A DNA stretch of 64,000 nucleotides from contig JAVZOV010000004.1 in the NCBI GenBank assembly GCA_038881895.1, positions 34,521-98,520 on the forward strand, read 5' to 3'. Both the position numbers and the translations under genes were made by a program. Under the pieces are notes generated by a model. It worked only from the letters and a program-made list of their open reading frames with translations, was not told the DNA's origin and searched no databases. Source of the DNA: Thermoprotei archaeon. Its GTDB lineage: Archaea; Thermoproteota; Thermoprotei; Gearchaeales; WAQG01. Positions 59,091-64,000 of the stretch are shown here, in pieces. Position 1 is the first letter of the stretch, and every line of letters starts with the position of its first letter.

Positions 59091-60068
59091 TTATCTATTT
59101 AATTGTTTAGACCACTGTAATAATGTTTTCACTCGTCTTACTGGATGCGGGTGTGTGCTGAGAAATTCTGCAAGCCTTTCAGAAAATGTTAACTCTCTCC
59201 TAGCTAAGTCATAAACTATTACCTCATCTCCACTAATCGTCATTGGTTTCGCAGCTTCAGGATCCGAAATAAGCAGTGCTCTAAACTTTGATGAGGAACT
59301 TATCGCATCTGGATTTCTCTCTCTTATTTCTGACGTAGAGTTACTTATTTTAACTAAAGCTACTGCTAACTTCATTGCACCACCATCGACAACTGTTGCA
59401 CCGTTATAATCTGCGTACGTCTCACGTTGTCTACTAAAAGCAAGTAACAGTAAGTTTAGTATAAAGTACACTATAAATCCTATGATGCCAATCAACACTA
59501 AAATAAAACCAGAATTTCCATTATTCCTTCTGCCACCACTAATTGATGAAAACCATCCTGAATAATACAAGGCTTGTGAAATCGCATACACTATAGCTGG
59601 AAGAACACTAAGCAAAGTTATAACTTGCACATCATGATGCCTTAAATGTCCAACCTCATGACCTATCACAGCTTCAAGTTCATCAGGTTTTAGCACTTTT
59701 AAAATACCCTTTGTCACTGCTATTCTTGGACCCGTAAGCCAACTACCATAAGCGAATGCATTAGGCACTGGTATATCAGCTATCATAAGTTTTGGAATCT
59801 TCCTTAACTTACTTCTCTGTGCAACTCTCTCGACTACATCATAAAGCCACTTATATGACTCATCAGCAGGTTTAACCTTATAACTCCATTCTATTACATA
59901 AGGACCAATGAGCCATTCAATAAAAACCCACAGTGCTACTAGTATTGCTAAGGCTAACGGTGTCAATCCACCTATTAACGCTAGAATTGGCATCAGAAAG
60001 AGTGCTGTAACACCTACGATAACTAAGAACGTGATAGTCATAATGATCCACAGTCTCCATGGCATCAT
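59091..60068 (-). CDS. htpX: M48-family zinc metalloprotease (HtpX-like)
   Basis: HEVGH zinc motif (IGHEVGHLRHHD) with flanking TM helices. Confidence 0.75.
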   Translation of the reverse strand: MMPWRLWIIMTITFLVIVGVTALFLMPILALIGGLTPLALAILVALWVFIEWLIGPYVIEWSYKVKPADESYKWLYDVVERVAQRSKLRKIPKLMIADIPVPNAFAYGSWLTGPRIAVTKGILKVLKPDELEAVIGHEVGHLRHHDVQVITLLSVLPAIVYAISQALYYSGWFSSISGGRRNNGNSGFILVLIGIIGFIVYFILNLLLLAFSRQRETYADYNGATVVDGGAMKLAVALVKISNSTSEIRERNPDAISSSSKFRALLISDPEAAKPMTISGDEVIVYDLARRELTFSERLAEFLSTHPHPVRRVKTLLQWSKQLNR

Positions 60069-60252
60069 TTATACTCACCTAGCATATAGTAAAACAAAAC
60101 TTTCTTATAAATCTAGTTCACACACAGTCTATCTTTTTCTCTACTTTTTAAGAGAATTATTCAGAATCACTCACAAATCACCATTACCTGCCGTGGTCAA
60201 CAGTTTTGGAATAGATAGGTTTAAATATTTGTTCAACTCTATTAACTCTTTG

Positions 60253-60438
60253 ATGGAAGAAGAACTGCTTAGACCAAAGGATGTTGCAAAGATATTCAAC
60301 ATCTCAGTTAAAACGCTCTGGAAGTGGCAGAGGAAAGGCATTATTAGAGCAGTTAAACTTCCAACTGGCAAGCTCCGCTACCCGAGGAGCGAAGTTGAGA
60401 GGCTATGGAAGCAGTTAAAAGCTACAGGATCCCAATAG
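60253..60438 (+). CDS. Small MerR/excisionase-type HTH protein (61 aa), resembling only the DNA-binding N-terminus of an IS607-type TnpA
   Basis: MEEELLRPKDVAKIFNISVKTLWKWQRKGIIRAVKLPTGKLRYPRSEVERLW; overlaps the tnpB start. The listed 176-aa ORF is a spurious upstream extension overlapping htpX. Confidence 0.55.
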   Translation: MEEELLRPKDVAKIFNISVKTLWKWQRKGIIRAVKLPTGKLRYPRSEVERLWKQLKATGSQ

Positions 60439-61592
60439 AGGCTCCAAAAGATTTAATCGAAGAATACTTCAAAGCTAAGCGGAAGGCTTTAGACGCAATA
60501 TTCTCACACGTTAAAATTTCCAAGAAGGCTCACCTTAACTTGAAAGCTGAGGATAGGAGAGAGCTTAGAGATGAACTGCTGAAAGACTGGAGGTTTTCAA
60601 AGCATTACGTTGATTCAGCAATGAACTCCGTTATCGGATTGGTTAAGGGCTGGATAACACTATATAACAAGGGGAAAGCTGAAGGTAAGCCTGAGATAAC
60701 TAAAAAAACCGTTTACATTAAGAGCACGCTCTTCAGCTTTAGAAATGGTATACTGAGGATAAGCGTAGAGCCTAGTAAGCGGTATCTTGAGGTTGACTTA
60801 AGAAAGTGTTCGTGGATTCCGAGAGACTTTGATAAAGTCGGTGGACTACTTATGACTGAAAGTGAGCTGATAATTACAGTTAAGAAGAGGGTTGAGCCCA
60901 AAGCTGATAAGTGGGCTTCCTTCGATGTGAACTTAACGAACGTGACGGCGTTCATAGGTGGCGAGATCAAGCGCTATGACTTAAGAGAGCTCTACCACAT
61001 TCACAGAGTTTATGAGGTTAAAAGACAGAGGATACAAAAGTTATCTAAGATTAAGCCTCTAACCTCAAAGAGACTATTAGAGAAGTACTCTAAGCGTGAG
61101 GAGAATAGGGCTAAAGACTTCATGCATAAGTTAACCACGCAGGTTGCGAGGGAGCTCAAGGAGAAGGACTGCGGAGCGATACTTGAAAACCTGAAAGGTA
61201 TAAAGGGGCGAATTCTTAATGGCTCAAGGAAAAATAACAGAAAGCTCTCAAAGTGGAACGCAAGAACATTCCAACTCATGCTCGAATACAAGCTGAAATG
61301 GCTTAACCTACCAACAAAATACGTTAGCCCAGCCAACTCATCTAAAACTTGCCCAGCCTGCTCAGGAAGCATGGCTTCCTATCTGGGCAGGATAATGAAG
61401 TGCGAAGAATGCGGGTTAACGATGGATAGGGATGTTGTAGCGGTGTTGAACCTTCAGATGCGGGGAGAAGGGTTCACCCAGAGAGCCCTCAATGAAATAA
61501 TTGAGGGGGAAGGGTTAAGTAGGAATAAAAGCAACAATTCACTATGCATTCCTACTCAACTCAGAACCCATTACATAAAGCTAACCGTTTGA
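60405..61592 (+). CDS. tnpB: TnpB (second, distinct family member; RuvC-like nuclease with zinc finger)
   Basis: RuvC-I ASFDVNLTNV, RuvC-II Glu (AILENLKG), zinc finger CPACSGS...CEECG, RuvC-III DRDVVAVLNL; GC-rich relative to flanks. Confidence 0.85.
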   Translation: MEAVKSYRIPIEAPKDLIEEYFKAKRKALDAIFSHVKISKKAHLNLKAEDRRELRDELLKDWRFSKHYVDSAMNSVIGLVKGWITLYNKGKAEGKPEITKKTVYIKSTLFSFRNGILRISVEPSKRYLEVDLRKCSWIPRDFDKVGGLLMTESELIITVKKRVEPKADKWASFDVNLTNVTAFIGGEIKRYDLRELYHIHRVYEVKRQRIQKLSKIKPLTSKRLLEKYSKREENRAKDFMHKLTTQVARELKEKDCGAILENLKGIKGRILNGSRKNNRKLSKWNARTFQLMLEYKLKWLNLPTKYVSPANSSKTCPACSGSMASYLGRIMKCEECGLTMDRDVVAVLNLQMRGEGFTQRALNEIIEGEGLSRNKSNNSLCIPTQLRTHYIKLTV

Positions 61593-61724
61593 AAACTGCT
61601 GAAGAACCCTTAAAGAGTGAATGTTGTCCGTTGTCAGATAATATGGAATCAGTATCGTTACATTAAAAAGTTAAACCATAATAAATCAAAAACACACCAT
61701 CGGTTTTTAATAAAATACTTTGTG

Positions 61725-63701
61725 TTATTTGGATATTATTTGACCGGTATCTTTGTGTATTTTATATCCGGATAAACGTTTTTGAAGGGCATCAGCAAAT
61801 TCTTGCGATTTTAATACGTTGACAAATTTCTTTACTGAATCTTTTTCTAAGCGATCTATTGGTATTAGAAAATCATAAAATTCTTCTCCAATAGGTATAA
61901 AATCTAAATCATAAGCGTCAGCAACACTCTTGATTGCAACACCTACATCAGCTCGGCCTTGAGCAATAGCAGCCGCAACACCAGAATGTGTTTTTGCCTC
62001 AGTATAATACCCGCGTATCATGCTTATTAGTTCTTGAAAACTAATATTTTTTGTAAATGCTAATTCTCTTAATTTCATATCTATTAATGCGCGTGTGCCA
62101 GAACCTTTATTCCTATTTATAAATCTTATATTGGGTTTTAATAAATCTTCGAAACTTTTTATATTTAACGGATTACCTTTCTCAACGATAAATCCTTGCA
62201 GTCGTACATATCCTCTAATTAACACAGCTTTACCCCTTAATCCATATGTATCCATGAATGGTATATTGTACTCATTCGTCTGTTCATCAAATAAATGTGT
62301 GCCTGCAATATCAGCCTCTCCTCTTTTTACTGCAAGCCAGCCACCTACAGACCCAATGTTTATAACTTTTATGTATTCAAAGTCGCCCAGCTCAGTAATT
62401 AAATCTACACCTGGACAGTGGCTCCCTATGATTATGAGATCGGCTGGCCTAAAATATCGTGAGATTAATTTTACTTCCACACTCTCATTTTCCTCTAGAA
62501 ATTCATGAGACTCGGGTATCTCTATAAACCCGTCTGCAAATGCTAAAACAGTAGCTGAACCTGAACTAGCAAGCAATGGGTATGCTTTATAACGATCCTG
62601 AACTTGGACTATATTTACTGGCAGATACTCTCTCTTACCTTTACCGGTTTGAACTTTAAAAGCCATTTCTGCTTGGATTTTTGCTTCGCTCTGTTTTGGT
62701 GAAAGTCCAATAATCTTAGCAAGTATAGGTCGAACAAAGACTAGAAATGCTACCATTGAAGATAGAGGAAATCCAGGCAATCCAAATAATAATTTATTAT
62801 TAACAACAGCAGCTATTGTTGGTTTTCCAGGCTTAATCTTGAGACCGTGAACTATTAAACCTGGTTTACCTAAATTATTGAAAACCCTATATATAGTGTC
62901 TCTAATACCAGCTGATGTACCACCCGAAGTAATTACTACATCATAGTTCTCGTATGCTCTTGAAATAACATCCTCAATTAGCTTAGGATCATCCGGTAAT
63001 ACACCTAGATAACTTGGTTGTGCGCCCATTTCAGCAACCATGCTGCTTAACGAGAAACCATTAACATCGTATACTTTGGCTGGCCCCAATTTGGAACCCG
63101 GCATCACAATTTCGTCGCCAGTAGAGATAATAGCGATACGTGGTTTCACATACACCCTGACCATGTGTATGCCTAAGCCTGCTAATACTGCTATTTCTCT
63201 TGCGTTAAGTAGTGTACCTTTTCTCAACGCTCTTTCTCCAATCCTAATATCGGAGCCAGTTTGTGCAACGTTCTCACCTGGATGAACAGATTTATAAATA
63301 AGAACTCTTTTTTCATTAATTTTTTTGGTATGTTCAACCATAACTACAGCATCAGCACCTCTAGGTAAAGGAGCGCCAGTATCTATCTCTACAGCCTCAT
63401 TAAGATTTACCTCAACACCTGGTATTTTTCCAACAATTGAAGTACCTACAATTTTTAACTCAACAGGCTTATCTTCATCGGCTTCAAAAGTACTACGAGA
63501 ATCTACAGCATAACCATCGACCTCTGAACGATCAAAAGGAGGTAAATCAATTGTTGCATAAACATTTTCTGCTAATACACGTCCTAGTGCGCGTTCTAAT
63601 GGTATTATTTCTACTCCAAGGGGTTTAAGCCCGCCAAGAGCATTTTCAACAGCTTGGATCGCTTCTTCAACAGTTAAAAGCTTATGAAATATTATTGCCA
63701 T
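61725..63701 (-). CDS. moeA: Molybdopterin molybdotransferase MoeA fused to a C-terminal PBP-like domain
   Basis: MoeA N-terminal and MPT-binding domains, plus a ~250-aa C-terminal domain homologous to the C-terminus of the ModE-like protein at 13514-14593. Confidence 0.75.
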   Translation of the reverse strand: MAIIFHKLLTVEEAIQAVENALGGLKPLGVEIIPLERALGRVLAENVYATIDLPPFDRSEVDGYAVDSRSTFEADEDKPVELKIVGTSIVGKIPGVEVNLNEAVEIDTGAPLPRGADAVVMVEHTKKINEKRVLIYKSVHPGENVAQTGSDIRIGERALRKGTLLNAREIAVLAGLGIHMVRVYVKPRIAIISTGDEIVMPGSKLGPAKVYDVNGFSLSSMVAEMGAQPSYLGVLPDDPKLIEDVISRAYENYDVVITSGGTSAGIRDTIYRVFNNLGKPGLIVHGLKIKPGKPTIAAVVNNKLLFGLPGFPLSSMVAFLVFVRPILAKIIGLSPKQSEAKIQAEMAFKVQTGKGKREYLPVNIVQVQDRYKAYPLLASSGSATVLAFADGFIEIPESHEFLEENESVEVKLISRYFRPADLIIIGSHCPGVDLITELGDFEYIKVINIGSVGGWLAVKRGEADIAGTHLFDEQTNEYNIPFMDTYGLRGKAVLIRGYVRLQGFIVEKGNPLNIKSFEDLLKPNIRFINRNKGSGTRALIDMKLRELAFTKNISFQELISMIRGYYTEAKTHSGVAAAIAQGRADVGVAIKSVADAYDLDFIPIGEEFYDFLIPIDRLEKDSVKKFVNVLKSQEFADALQKRLSGYKIHKDTGQIISK

Positions 63702-63704
63702 CTT

Positions 63705-64000
63705 TCATTCCTCCTCATAAATAGGTTGGGTTAAGATTATTTCAACTTCATCACCCTCATCATATCCCTCGATGTTCTCAGGTATTACCAGTAAACCATT
63801 AGCCTTTGTTAATGTTGAAAGAATGCCCGAACCTGTTAAACGTAATGGTTCTGCAATGTATCCTTCTTTACTTTTCCTAACTTTTACTCTCATGAAAGAT
63901 CTAAACCCAACTGGTGCAGCAATCCTTCTGAATAATCTAGCCCTAATCTTTGGCATAGGTTCTTCGGGCTGATTGAGAAGCATCTTAAGTACTGGTCTCA
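63705..64000 (-). CDS. MoeA-family protein, C-terminal domain (N-terminus outside the window)
   Basis: Frame stays open to the window edge; sequence resembles the MoeA C-terminal beta-barrel domain (...GILSTLTKANGLLVIPENIEGYDEGDEVEIIL). Confidence 0.5.
   Translation of the reverse strand, partial: RPVLKMLLNQPEEPMPKIRARLFRRIAAPVGFRSFMRVKVRKSKEGYIAEPLRLTGSGILSTLTKANGLLVIPENIEGYDEGDEVEIILTQPIYEEE

Larger units (their letters stand above)
60170..61660 (+). mobile_element. Putative IS607/IS605-like element or its domesticated remnant (HTH gene + tnpB); boundaries approximate
   Basis: GC-richer block containing the HTH gene and tnpB; no full-length TnpA recombinase. Confidence 0.35.

Noticed and set aside
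59908-60438. 176-aa ORF upstream of the second tnpB
   Set aside because: Most of it overlaps the htpX gene on the opposite strand and is compositionally atypical; only the last 61 codons (ATG at 60253) form a credible HTH protein.
1-64000. CRISPR array, rRNA genes, toxin-antitoxin pairs or other obvious defence modules
   Set aside because: No tandem direct repeats with unique spacers and no rRNA-like conserved segments were seen; the only CRISPR-associated signal is the orphan Cas6-like gene.

Overview
This window reads as a chromosomal segment from a thermoacidophilic crenarchaeon of the order Sulfolobales. That assignment is an inference from the AT-rich composition, frequent GTG/TTG starts, intron-containing tRNAs and the LysW-type lysine pathway. 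No CRISPR array or rRNA gene was found.

Most of the window is ordinary housekeeping sequence, in order:
- partial phosphoglucomutase/phosphomannomutase gene, PP1-type phosphatase, an orphan Cas6-like gene, gamma-glutamyltransferase
- complete LysW-mediated lysine (alpha-aminoadipate) operon lysY-lysZ-lysM-lysW-lysX-lysJ; lysW (54 aa) is absent from the ORF track
- PfkB kinase; molybdate/tungstate ABC transporter with a divergent ModE-like regulator; branched-chain amino acid (Liv-type) ABC transporter
- fatty-acid beta-oxidation cluster (etfB-etfA plus a fused membrane HdrED-like Fe-S protein, SCP2, thiolase/DUF35, acyl-CoA dehydrogenase, hydroxyacyl-CoA dehydrogenase/enoyl-CoA hydratase fusion)
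- two convergent tRNA-Pro genes with canonical and non-canonical introns; riboflavin kinase, C-N hydrolase, JAMM protease, tRNA-splicing endonuclease
- DNA-repair block nth-xpb-bax1; IlvE, ThyX, a helicase with a DUF1998 domain, surface glycoprotein-like proteins, M20 peptidase, Wzx-like flippase, a second acyl-CoA dehydrogenase, Hsp20
- adenylate kinase, gap-pgk, HtpX, MoeA

The accessory content is two intact, GC-richer tnpB genes (one in an IS200/IS605-type element, one preceded by a 61-aa HTH protein), a decayed tnpB 3' remnant, and a ~240-bp interspersed repeat family with no assigned function. I could not identify a clearly novel multi-gene system; the repeat family, the TnpB-less remnant beside it and the orphan Cas6-like gene are the candidates most worth follow-up. 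All calls rest on motif recognition by eye, with no database searches run.
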